From Deltaproteobacteria bacterium (lineage in GTDB: Bacteria > Myxococcota_A > UBA9160 > SZUA-336), in NCBI GenBank assembly GCA_029261895.1, contig JAJDAK010000017.1, positions 13,572 to 77,571 on the forward strand: a stretch of 64,000 nucleotides of DNA, read 5' to 3'. Shown piece by piece: positions 27,969 through 37,939 of this stretch (position 1 is the stretch's first letter; each line of letters begins with the position of its first letter). Position numbers and translations under genes: made by a program. Under the pieces are notes generated by a model. That model had not been told where the DNA came from, ran no database searches, and saw only the letters and a program-made list of their open reading frames with translations.

Positions 27969-30900
27969 ATGAAGCCGACGCGTATTCGAGCCACGATCCT
28001 CTTCTCCGATCTCGTCGGCTACACCGCGCTGGCCGAAGAGCGCGGTCCCGAAGAGGCATTCCTCGTGCTGACGGGCTGCATCGCTGTATTGGATAGCGTG
28101 GCGCGTGCGCGTGGCGGTTCGGTGGACAAGTATTTTGGCGATGCCCTGATGGCGGTCTTCGGCTATCCGGTCCCCCAGGACCAACCCGCCTGGGCGGCGG
28201 TAGACGCGGCATTGGAAATGCGCGAGCGGGTGCGCGAATACAATGCTGAATTGGGACTCGCCACCGGTTTGGAGATTCACATCGGCATCAACACCGGTAA
28301 CGTAGTGAGCGGGGATCTCACGGGCCCAGTCATCCGTGAGTTTCACGTGCTCGGCGACGCGGTCAATGTTGCCGCCAGGCTCAAGGAACGCGCACCGCTG
28401 GGCGGCATATTCATCGGGCCGAACACGTACGCTGAAACCGCAATTCAGTTTCGCTTCCGTGATCAGGAGCAGCTCAAACTCAAGGGCAAGCAGGCGTCGG
28501 TCAACACGTATGAAGTACTGGGTCCGGCGAGCACGACCGAACTTGAAGGCATCATTCGACGCGCACGAATTCTGACCCATATGATCGGCCGCGCGGACGC
28601 GCTGGAGAAACTACGCGGCGCGGTCGCACGGCTCGAACAGGGTCGCGGCGGAATCGTACGCGTGAGCGGCGACACGGGCAGCGGCAAGTCGAGACTTCTG
28701 GCCGAGATCTGTGCCAGTCCCGAACTCAAGCGCTTTCGAACGCTCGATCTCCATCTAGGCGTTGCGAAACCCGAAGAGTTCGCGCTGCTTCGAGAACTCG
28801 CGCGCGCATTAAGTTCGAACGGGGATGCGCTGGAGCGCAACATAGAATCGCTGGTTCAGCCGGCCAAACAGCGCTTTTTCCGGCGCGGAGGTCGACGCGT
28901 TGCCAGCAGAACTGGTTTGCGCCGCGCGTTCACCGCGTTGGTATCACGAAGAGCCCACCAGGAACCGCTCATCATCGTGATCGACGACCTAGATCATGCC
29001 GACCCAAGTTCACTGGACGTGCTTAAGTCTGTATTTTCAGTGGCGGTCGAGTCCCCCGTGCTCTTCCTCCTCACCACCCGAGACGCAAAGATCGAAAGCA
29101 CCCGTGAATCAGAAAAATCTCCAAACGAGCACGGGGTCGAGATCGAGTTAGGGCCGTTATCGACGGAAGATGCGGAACGCCTCATCGATGCACTGGATAG
29201 CGATGGCACACTCAGCGCGGAAATAAGAGCGACCATCATAGAACGGGGCCAGGGAAACGCCAGCCGACTGACCATGGGTGTGTTTCTGGCGCCGGCGCTA
29301 CGCTCGGAACAAACACGCCTCGAACAGCAGGCCGAGCGCTCATCCGACGCTGAGCGGCGGCGTGCAACGATTCTCTTTGCGGACCTCAGTGGGTTTACTT
29401 CGCTGACGGAAGCCGCCCGCTTGGAAGACGCATATGAGATCGTAACCGGTGCACTGCATGTTTTGGACGAAACGGCCAAGCGCCACGGCGGCACCGTCGA
29501 CAAATACCTCGGAGACTGCGTGATGGTGCTCTTTGGCGTACCCCATGCTATCGAGGATGCGCCCAGAGCCGCAGTTAACAGCGCTATTGAAATGCGCCGA
29601 CGCATCGCGGAGTACAGCGCTGAACGCGGCGTCGCATTGGAGGTTCACTCGGGCATCCACACGGGCCTCGGAATCGCGGGTGAAATCAGCGGTCCGGTCA
29701 CATTGGAGTATGCGGTCATGGGCGAACCTGTGGCCGTCGCATCCAAACTCAAAGACATCGCGCACAGTGGCGAAATCTACGTGGGCGAAGAGACGCATCG
29801 GTTTACGCGGAATCGCTTCGAATACCGCGCCGTCGATCCCATCGAAGTTCGTGGCGCTTCCGAACCGGTCCGAACCTATGCCCTACTCTCGGATGAAGAA
29901 GAGCTCTTTCGCGATCGCGTTGACTCCGATCGTCTGCTTCATGCGAACCTCGTGGGTCGCGATCGAGAATTCGGAATTTTGTCGACCGCGATCGAACACT
30001 TGAAAAACGGTCAGGGTTCGTTTGTCTCACTCGTTGGCGAGGCGGGCCTGGGCAAGAGCCGGCTGCTCAAGGAAATACAGGAGCACGGCGAAACCCAATC
30101 CGTTAAATGGTTAGAAGGCCGCTCTTTATCCAACGGACAGACCATCAGCTTTCACCCGTTTGCAGACCTACTGCGCAGTTGGGTCGGAATCGACGACGAA
30201 GATGACGATCGGCAGGCGCGTCGCAAATTGGACCAAAGCTTGCGCCTAGCCCTCAGCGCCGACGCGGAAAGCGCCGCTCCCTTTGTGGCGTCGCTCATCG
30301 GTGTTCAACTTAGCCTACCCGAACAAGAGCGCATCGCGCGCATTCCTGGCGACGCGAAAGAAAAACTACTGCGGGGATCACTGACTCGGCTTTTCCGTTC
30401 TGTGAGTCAGGCGCAGCCGTTGATCCTCGTCTTCGACGATCTGCACTGGGCGGACCAGTCCTCGGTTGAACTTCTCGACTCGCTGTTACGACTCATCAAC
30501 GAAAGTCCTGTGCTCATTCTAGGTGTCTACCGACCTGGTTTTAAAGATACATCCGATCGAATTCGCAACACGGTCGCTACGCAGTTCGGTGATCGCCTGA
30601 TCGAGATCGAACTCGAACAATTGGATCGCGAGAGCGCACGCGCGATGATTCACGACCTCTTCCGTGGTGGTGACGTGCCGCATGAAACGCGCAATCGAAT
30701 CGAGGACAAGGCCCAGGGCAATCCCCTGTACATCGAAGAGGTCATTCGAGCCTTGCTTGAGACCGGGGCCATCGAAGTCGTGAACGGCTGCCTGCAGGCC
30801 AATGACAATATTCATCAAGTGGAGATCCCCGGCACGGTTCAAGAGGTTCTCATGGCGCGGATCGATCGCCTGGACCTCGAACGTAAGAAACTCCTGCAGC

Positions 30901-32606
30901 TGGCGGCGGTCGTTGGCCGTAGTTTTCACTTCGATGTATTGGCGCAGATCATCGATGACAAGGAACAGCTCGAGCAGGACTTGGCCAGCCTGGTTCGATC
31001 GCAGTTTCTGGTTGAATGGGATCGCCTGCAGGGCATTGAGTATGCGTTTCGTCATCCACTGATCCACGAGGTGACCTACGAGGGCATCCTCGAGCTGCGG
31101 CGGCGCGAAATCCACCTTCACGTGGCCGAGGCCATTGAACACCGACTGACGGCGAACCTGCCCGGCTACTACGGCATGCTGGCGTTTCATTTCAGCAAAG
31201 CCGGGGATGCCGAACGCGCCGAGACCTACCTTTTTCGCGCGGGCGATGAAGCTGCACGGGTCGCAGCTTCCAACGAAGCGCTGCACTTTTTCCGCGAGGC
31301 GTCGCAGCTCTACTTTGAAATGTACGGTGACCGCGCCGATTCCGGCAAACGAGCCGAGCTGGAACGCAAGATCGGCGAAGCGCTCTACAATCGGGGACAG
31401 CTGATCGAAGCTGCCGAACACTTCGACCTTGCGCTCGACGCCCTCGGTGAGTGGGTGCCCCGTAACATAGTGCTGATCGCGCTGCGCTTCGGCTTGAATA
31501 TTAGCGGGGTTCTTATGCGGCTCTACCTGTCCTCACAATTGGGTGGCGGCCGCAAAGCCGGCAATCAGGATCGTGAAATCATTTCACTCAACTTCGAACG
31601 CGCGGAAGCTCAAACCACAACCTCGCCGACACGTTTCCTCTTCGACAGCATGGCGACTCTAGCCAAGCTACAGACGGTCGATCCCAGTTCCGTGCCCGGC
31701 GCGGGTGGAATGTACGCCGGAGCCGTTGGCATATTCGCGTATGGTGGCGCAAGTTTTGGCATCAGCCGTCGCTTCCTAAACCTCGCTGCCCAACTCGTGG
31801 ATCCAGAGAATCATCACGAGTTCGTGCGTTTCCGTTTCATGAATTTTCTACACCATGTTTTAGAGGGAGACTGGTCGGAAGACCATGAAATTCCCGATGC
31901 CTTGCTCGACAAAAATCTCCAGTCGGGTGCGATTTGGACCGTCACGAATTACCTGGGTTTGGTCGCTGAGAAATACATCCGCCAAGGTAATTACGAGACC
32001 GTTCTCGAGCATCTCGAACGGATCGAGCAGATCTGGGACTTCTATCAGCACGATCTGGCGAAGACCAATAAATACTATCTGCCCATGTTGCTGCAGTTTG
32101 AACAGGAGCAATTCGAAGCAACCATCCGCGCGGCGCAACAGTATTACGACGAATGTCCCGAGGATCTGCTCCACGTGCTTTCGCTTTCTACTCAAGCCGC
32201 TGCACAGACCGAACTCGGCCGACTGGATGACGCCGAGGCTTCGCTGGAACGCTGCGAGAAGACCATCCGACGCTGCCGACCGGTTCCACCCTTTCACCTG
32301 AGTTCGTACCAACGGGCGCGATTTCAGTTGGATCTGGCGCATCTCGAGACCGCGACGGAATCCAGCGAACAATCCCGGTGGGCGCGGCGTACACGAGCCA
32401 GCGGCCGAGCCGCGCTCCGCGGTGCATCGTTCGTGGCCTGGCGACGTCCCCCGGTATATCGCTTGATGGCGCGTTATTACGCTGTCATGAGAAAAGAGGC
32501 TCGGGCGAAGAACTGGTGGGATAAAGCACTTCAAGCCTGTGAGCAGCTTGGAACAGACCCCGAACGCGACCGCATCGAGCGCGATCAAACGCGGACTCTT
32601 GCTTGA
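27969..32606 (+). CDS. Duplicated class III adenylate/guanylate cyclase-STAND NTPase protein with TPR-like C-terminus
   Basis: Two cyclase domains (FSDLVGYT/DKYFGD; FADLSGFT/DKYLGD); two Walker A (GDTGSGKS, GEAGLGKS) and two Walker B motifs. Confidence 0.9.
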   Translation: MKPTRIRATILFSDLVGYTALAEERGPEEAFLVLTGCIAVLDSVARARGGSVDKYFGDALMAVFGYPVPQDQPAWAAVDAALEMRERVREYNAELGLATGLEIHIGINTGNVVSGDLTGPVIREFHVLGDAVNVAARLKERAPLGGIFIGPNTYAETAIQFRFRDQEQLKLKGKQASVNTYEVLGPASTTELEGIIRRARILTHMIGRADALEKLRGAVARLEQGRGGIVRVSGDTGSGKSRLLAEICASPELKRFRTLDLHLGVAKPEEFALLRELARALSSNGDALERNIESLVQPAKQRFFRRGGRRVASRTGLRRAFTALVSRRAHQEPLIIVIDDLDHADPSSLDVLKSVFSVAVESPVLFLLTTRDAKIESTRESEKSPNEHGVEIELGPLSTEDAERLIDALDSDGTLSAEIRATIIERGQGNASRLTMGVFLAPALRSEQTRLEQQAERSSDAERRRATILFADLSGFTSLTEAARLEDAYEIVTGALHVLDETAKRHGGTVDKYLGDCVMVLFGVPHAIEDAPRAAVNSAIEMRRRIAEYSAERGVALEVHSGIHTGLGIAGEISGPVTLEYAVMGEPVAVASKLKDIAHSGEIYVGEETHRFTRNRFEYRAVDPIEVRGASEPVRTYALLSDEEELFRDRVDSDRLLHANLVGRDREFGILSTAIEHLKNGQGSFVSLVGEAGLGKSRLLKEIQEHGETQSVKWLEGRSLSNGQTISFHPFADLLRSWVGIDDEDDDRQARRKLDQSLRLALSADAESAAPFVASLIGVQLSLPEQERIARIPGDAKEKLLRGSLTRLFRSVSQAQPLILVFDDLHWADQSSVELLDSLLRLINESPVLILGVYRPGFKDTSDRIRNTVATQFGDRLIEIELEQLDRESARAMIHDLFRGGDVPHETRNRIEDKAQGNPLYIEEVIRALLETGAIEVVNGCLQANDNIHQVEIPGTVQEVLMARIDRLDLERKKLLQLAAVVGRSFHFDVLAQIIDDKEQLEQDLASLVRSQFLVEWDRLQGIEYAFRHPLIHEVTYEGILELRRREIHLHVAEAIEHRLTANLPGYYGMLAFHFSKAGDAERAETYLFRAGDEAARVAASNEALHFFREASQLYFEMYGDRADSGKRAELERKIGEALYNRGQLIEAAEHFDLALDALGEWVPRNIVLIALRFGLNISGVLMRLYLSSQLGGGRKAGNQDREIISLNFERAEAQTTTSPTRFLFDSMATLAKLQTVDPSSVPGAGGMYAGAVGIFAYGGASFGISRRFLNLAAQLVDPENHHEFVRFRFMNFLHHVLEGDWSEDHEIPDALLDKNLQSGAIWTVTNYLGLVAEKYIRQGNYETVLEHLERIEQIWDFYQHDLAKTNKYYLPMLLQFEQEQFEATIRAAQQYYDECPEDLLHVLSLSTQAAAQTELGRLDDAEASLERCEKTIRRCRPVPPFHLSSYQRARFQLDLAHLETATESSEQSRWARRTRASGRAALRGASFVAWRRPPVYRLMARYYAVMRKEARAKNWWDKALQACEQLGTDPERDRIERDQTRTLA

Positions 32607-32639
32607 CATCTATTCGCGTCAACCTCTAGAACGGTTGAC

Positions 32640-35600
32640 GTGATATCTTTCGTCGCTCGAGCTGTTCTGTGTTCGCTCGCCCTCTTGATCTCGCTGGAGG
32701 CAGAGGCCGGTTGCGACAATATTCCGAGTCGCACCGAGTGTTTCCAAGGTGGCGTGGGTTGTCTCAATCAACCCTATGCCGCGCCCGGCCAGATCGTTGA
32801 ACTTCGTGTGCGAACGGAAATCTGCGATGGAACGTCACTGGGGCTACGCGACACCAGCAGCGGGAATTGCATCGACCCAGACGACGTCCTCACCAGCGTC
32901 GTCTTTACCCCACCCGGTGGCGCAGTCAACGTCATCGTCCTCGCCACGAGCTGCTCGGGCGCGGCACTCAGCGAGACCCAGTCGTGGGCCACGACATTGG
33001 CAGCACAAGGCGGAACCGCTGTCTGCCGCGACAACGCGGATATCGCGATCAACGAAAAAGATGTGGGCACGGGGATCAGCGAATGCCGACTTAGTTTTGA
33101 ATTCCCCAATAGCGATGATCTCGTCACTGCAGCGTCGGATGAGCTCACGCTCGCGGGTCCGGCCAAGATCATCGTGAGTCCAAGTGCCTCACCGCTACCA
33201 CAGGAACTGGCATCGCAACGCTGCGCCGAAGCCGTCGGAACCGTGGCCTGCATCGATGAGTTTTTCGATGTGGATGGCTCGTGTCGCACGTCCGCCGATC
33301 GACAGAGCCAACGCTTTCCACATTTCACCGCGCTTCCCATCTTTAATGACTTTGCGGAAATGTGTTCCAGTGACGGCAACCCTCTTTCCCCTTGCGACGA
33401 CGGCGCCGACCCAGACTTTCGGTTTACGCTCGATATCGCAGGCAATGTGCTCGCACCCATCAACTGGGAAGGCGTGCTCTTCAAAGGCGCAACGCAGGGC
33501 TTTCCACCGCCGCAACTCATCGATGCCAGCACGACCATCGAGGCGTTTCTAGGAACGGGCGTTCCGATTCGGCTGCCGGCATTCTCCGGTCGCTCGTTTA
33601 CACCGCTCGGTTTACCACTCGCACCGGTCTTTGACCCCACGTTCAATCCTGATGATCCGAACTCGGCCAATTGGAACGGATCAACCGACGCGGTCGCCAC
33701 AGTGCTGCGTTTTGCGCGGCGCAGCCCTGAATTTTTGGAATGTTTCGATGCCGGTTCACCCGTGGGCACGCCCTGTGTGAGCGCCGACGGTTGCGAGTCG
33801 GGCCAGACCTGTGCGACGGCTGTCTGCTACCAAAACCGCAACGCCACGAATGAGCCGTGTAGCAATGACGCGGACTGCAGCGCGTTGGGTGGGACATGCG
33901 GTCCCGCACTCTTTGATCTTGCATTCCTGCGGAGTGGGGGTGGCCTCGGACCCGGTGTGATTCCGCGCGGCGCCTACGATGCAGGTACACAGTTCTTCGT
34001 GCCGCTCGAAGGTCTCTGTCAGTCCAGTGAGCTCAACTGCTTCGTACTCGACGAAACCTTGGAAGGCTTGCTGCTTAACGCCGATGGCGACGCCTTAGAT
34101 CGCGGCGCGTTGTTATTGCAAAAACGCAGCACCGGTGTGATTCAAAAGATCGGCAACGACTTTGGTGGAGCACCCGCGGACGCGCTGGCCGTTGCGCTGA
34201 TTCAACAGGGACGTTCCCAAGCACCCGTGGTTAAGGCAGAGCAGGAATGCGTGGCGTTCGCGATTCCAGAGCCCTGGGAAAACAGCTTCGATATCAACGG
34301 CAACGGCGACGTCTTCAATTCAATCCTACGCGTGCTCTGTCTCACCGAAAGCGGCGTGGCCGAGCAAACATCATTTGATTTCGCCATCGAAACCGACCCA
34401 CGCATCATTCAAAGTCCGCGTGGTATCAGTCAGACCGGAACCTCGGCCGATCCGATCGTTTTTAGCGACGGGCTGGTCTACTTCCTGGTCCCTGAAGCGG
34501 CCAATGCCAAACTGCTCGTACAGGATGTTCCGGACACGAACGCTGGCGGCCAGACCATCAACGAAACCCCCATCGCCTCCGGCGACGGAGACCGCATCGC
34601 GTTTCTCCGGCGCGGCGGCGGGCAGACCGCGGGCGCGTTTTTGATCGATCTCAGTAGCGGCCTCGGCGAACTCGTGAGCGTGGCCGACCGCGGCGACTGC
34701 AACGAAACGCCCGTCCCCCTACGCGGTCCCATTTCCGACTTGGCCTTGGCGGCAGGCGGCGAAGTGGTGGCGTTTTCGCAGACGCAGACATTCGGCTTCG
34801 ATGGACGGGCGAACGGTCAAGCGTTGGCAGACGGAACCGACGTGGGAAATGGTATTACGCTTTCGGTCGACGCTCCCGGCACCTTGGGCGCCGCGATCTT
34901 TGACACCGATCCAAGCGGTCCGAATCTGGGCATGGAAGACCCCGACTTACTCGTGGACCTGGGCAACGTGCTCATCTTGCAGAGCACGGACAACCCCGAT
35001 CAAACTCAGCCTGGGATCTTCGACACGCCGGACGATTCCCGCGTCGGCGGCTTGGTCGCCTTCGACTTCCCGGTCGGCGCGGAGCTCGACCGCATCGTGC
35101 TCGTCGACCTGGAATCAAGTAGCGCCGAACTGCGGCTGATCGATGGCAGCGGTCGCGTACGCAGCTACGACGTACCCAAGGGCTGGACCAAGGATGTCGT
35201 CGACGACGGCCCGGACGGATTCGACACACTCGATCTAACCTCGCTCAGTGATCAATCCGGCGAGGGCGGCAAGACCGCAACGGCCAGCGAAGACGCGGGC
35301 TTCGATGCAACCGACGTAGTACGCTTGGAGATCGTCCTCCACGGCTCCGGGGCGCTGTCGACCTTCTCACTGTTCTCGGACATGGGTCTACGCCGCGAGA
35401 TCTTTGCCCATGACACCGAAAACTGTCGCACTGAATTGATCTCCGTGAATAGCTCCGGAATTCCGGCCGACGCTTCGAGCGAGGAAGCTTCGCTTTCGGC
35501 CGACGGCCTGCTGGTGGCGTTCGCATCACTGGCCAGCAACCTAGACCCCACCGATACAAACGGAACCTGGGATGTCTTCCTACGCGACCGCAGCAATGCT

Positions 35601-37907
35601 ACGACGCTGCTGATGAGCCGCGATGAGGACGATCAGCCGCTGCCTGGCGAATCACGCAAGCCAAGCTTGTCCGCCGATGGACTCAGCCTAGCGTTCCAAC
35701 ACACTGCGCCAGCGGGTGTACCGGAAGTCTTCATACGCGACCTTGTAACCGGATTGGTCACGCGAATTGGCGAGGGTGAGGAACCTCTACTCTCGACCGA
35801 TGGCAGAATCCTGGCCTTCCTGCGTGATGGTCAGGTCTACGCGTATGACCGAGACTTTAATACTTTGGCGTTGTTGAGCGTCAACCCAGATGGAACTCCT
35901 GGTGCGTTTCCGGCCAGCCGCTTAAGCATTGGCAACGGCCGCGTAATTGGCTTTGAAACCCAGTCTGCTTTAGTACCGGAAGACACCGACACCGATGTCG
36001 ACAGCTACGTCGTCGACCGTGTCACGCGACTGATCAAGCAGGCCGCACCGGAAGAACCCAGCAGTGGCGCGCCCACACTGGACGAGTCGGGCAACCTCAT
36101 CGGCTTCGAGGTCACCGACGCCGGGGGCGGCAAGATCTTGGTGACGCGTGCACCCGACCCAAACGATTTGGCGGCAGACTTCTCGGGTGACGGTACATTG
36201 GATGACGTTGTACTCATGGTTCTCGACACGAATATTGAACCGGCCGTTCTCGATATCGTGGCCCAAGTCGATCAGGTGGCCGTCAGCGGTTTGGCTTCTG
36301 CCTTCACTTCCGGCCCCAATCGGCACGCCTTCGCGCGCTACTTCCCCTGCGGCAACATCTTTTGTCCCGCGACGGTCCATGACCTCGGTATCAACAGCCC
36401 GGGTGGCATCGTCATTTCGGATCAGCTCGTCTGCGCGATTGCGGCGGACTCGACGTTGCACTGTGGCGAACTCGGCGCAAGCGGCGCGTTGCAAAAGGTG
36501 CTGGACGGCGGGAACCCTGTGGCTGTGGATCAACTGGCGGTTGTCGACGACATGGTCGTGCTCACGCTGCCGCCCGACATCAACGGCGTGCGCTTCCTAC
36601 GCATCGGCTTTCTCAATCCCATCACGGGCGCGATCGACCTATTGCCTTTTGCTGAGGCAGCACGACTCTTTGTTGCTGGCGAGAACTTGGTTGCATTCGA
36701 TCAATGTGAAACGGACGTAGCCGCTGACCTCGACCTGGACGGCGACCAGAACGAATGCGTGTTGAAGTTCTTCGATCGGCGCAGCGGCTTGATCGAAAAC
36801 ACCTTCCAGGCTGTGATCCCGTGCGATTCCGAAGCTTGCGATGCGCGCTTCCCCTGGCGCGTCTTCCCCGACAGCGTGCGCTACATCACTCACGAGTGTG
36901 ATTTATCCACGTGTCCGGACTGCGACGAAGATGGGATTTGCCCCGGCGGCAACGCCGTCACCGCGCTTTGCGATCTAAACAACGACGGCGATTGCAGCGA
37001 TCAGATCGTTCAACAGACATCGTCCATTTTGACTTCGAATCTGCTCGCCAGCGTCACACCGCAGACCGGCTTGGGCGGTGGCGAGTTGGGCGATGGATCC
37101 CTTTCTTTTGGTTCGGTCTTCGAGACCAGCGCGGGCGAATGCGAGAATCAACCAGAGATCGCCTGCAATGAGGCCGCGGATTGTCCCGGCAGCCAAGCCT
37201 GCATCGGCTTTGCGCCACTGCTCTTAGGCTTACCCGATACCGATGGAGATGGCTTCTTCGACTCGGACGATAACTGCGAGTTTCAGCCAAATAGAGATCA
37301 AGCCGACTCCGATGGCGATGGTACCGGCGACCTCTGTGATCGCTTCACCTGCGGCGACGGCGTGTTGCAGGAAGACGAGAGCTGCGATGCCGGCAGCGCC
37401 AACGGCAGCGAAGCCAGCGACTGCAGCGATGGCTGCACGCCCGCGGTTGTGGCCTCGCATCGACTATCGCGCAAACGTGAGGCCGTTCGTATCAGCCGAC
37501 GCCGCAAACACGCGGCGATCGAGATTCTAGGGTCAGAACTACTGAACCTGACGCTCGTGCCCAAAGCAGGCTTAATCCCTGAACTGCGAGCGATCGACAC
37601 CGACTCGATTCGCATCCACGCCGTAGCACCGGGCGCGAGCTGCCCCAGCAGCGGCGGCTCGACCCTTCTTCACGATCTTAACCGCGAGCGTAAATACAAG
37701 CGGCACCTACGCCGCATGAAGGGCTTTGACAAGAGCATTCGGAAGCTACGCATCCACTTCACCGTCGCGGACGCGGGCATCGCACGAACCACAGCTCTCG
37801 GTCACGACGTGGTGGAACTCTGCGTAACGGGTCGCCTCTCGGGCATCGCAGGCGAAACCGGGATCGAACGCTTTGAGTCGCGCCTCCCCGTGGAGATTCG
37901 CCGCTGA
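32640..37907 (+). CDS. Very large secreted Cys-rich protein with TolB/PD40-like propeller, TSP3 and myxobacterial disulfide repeats
   Basis: Signal peptide; 'SLSADG..VAFASLASNL..DTNGTWDVFLRDR'; DxDGDG..DNC; 'CGDGV....E.CD.G..N..CSDGC'. Confidence 0.82.
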   Translation: MISFVARAVLCSLALLISLEAEAGCDNIPSRTECFQGGVGCLNQPYAAPGQIVELRVRTEICDGTSLGLRDTSSGNCIDPDDVLTSVVFTPPGGAVNVIVLATSCSGAALSETQSWATTLAAQGGTAVCRDNADIAINEKDVGTGISECRLSFEFPNSDDLVTAASDELTLAGPAKIIVSPSASPLPQELASQRCAEAVGTVACIDEFFDVDGSCRTSADRQSQRFPHFTALPIFNDFAEMCSSDGNPLSPCDDGADPDFRFTLDIAGNVLAPINWEGVLFKGATQGFPPPQLIDASTTIEAFLGTGVPIRLPAFSGRSFTPLGLPLAPVFDPTFNPDDPNSANWNGSTDAVATVLRFARRSPEFLECFDAGSPVGTPCVSADGCESGQTCATAVCYQNRNATNEPCSNDADCSALGGTCGPALFDLAFLRSGGGLGPGVIPRGAYDAGTQFFVPLEGLCQSSELNCFVLDETLEGLLLNADGDALDRGALLLQKRSTGVIQKIGNDFGGAPADALAVALIQQGRSQAPVVKAEQECVAFAIPEPWENSFDINGNGDVFNSILRVLCLTESGVAEQTSFDFAIETDPRIIQSPRGISQTGTSADPIVFSDGLVYFLVPEAANAKLLVQDVPDTNAGGQTINETPIASGDGDRIAFLRRGGGQTAGAFLIDLSSGLGELVSVADRGDCNETPVPLRGPISDLALAAGGEVVAFSQTQTFGFDGRANGQALADGTDVGNGITLSVDAPGTLGAAIFDTDPSGPNLGMEDPDLLVDLGNVLILQSTDNPDQTQPGIFDTPDDSRVGGLVAFDFPVGAELDRIVLVDLESSSAELRLIDGSGRVRSYDVPKGWTKDVVDDGPDGFDTLDLTSLSDQSGEGGKTATASEDAGFDATDVVRLEIVLHGSGALSTFSLFSDMGLRREIFAHDTENCRTELISVNSSGIPADASSEEASLSADGLLVAFASLASNLDPTDTNGTWDVFLRDRSNATTLLMSRDEDDQPLPGESRKPSLSADGLSLAFQHTAPAGVPEVFIRDLVTGLVTRIGEGEEPLLSTDGRILAFLRDGQVYAYDRDFNTLALLSVNPDGTPGAFPASRLSIGNGRVIGFETQSALVPEDTDTDVDSYVVDRVTRLIKQAAPEEPSSGAPTLDESGNLIGFEVTDAGGGKILVTRAPDPNDLAADFSGDGTLDDVVLMVLDTNIEPAVLDIVAQVDQVAVSGLASAFTSGPNRHAFARYFPCGNIFCPATVHDLGINSPGGIVISDQLVCAIAADSTLHCGELGASGALQKVLDGGNPVAVDQLAVVDDMVVLTLPPDINGVRFLRIGFLNPITGAIDLLPFAEAARLFVAGENLVAFDQCETDVAADLDLDGDQNECVLKFFDRRSGLIENTFQAVIPCDSEACDARFPWRVFPDSVRYITHECDLSTCPDCDEDGICPGGNAVTALCDLNNDGDCSDQIVQQTSSILTSNLLASVTPQTGLGGGELGDGSLSFGSVFETSAGECENQPEIACNEAADCPGSQACIGFAPLLLGLPDTDGDGFFDSDDNCEFQPNRDQADSDGDGTGDLCDRFTCGDGVLQEDESCDAGSANGSEASDCSDGCTPAVVASHRLSRKREAVRISRRRKHAAIEILGSELLNLTLVPKAGLIPELRAIDTDSIRIHAVAPGASCPSSGGSTLLHDLNRERKYKRHLRRMKGFDKSIRKLRIHFTVADAGIARTTALGHDVVELCVTGRLSGIAGETGIERFESRLPVEIRR

Positions 37908-37939
37908 TCCATGCGCTAATTCGACTCGCTTTCGTCTGC

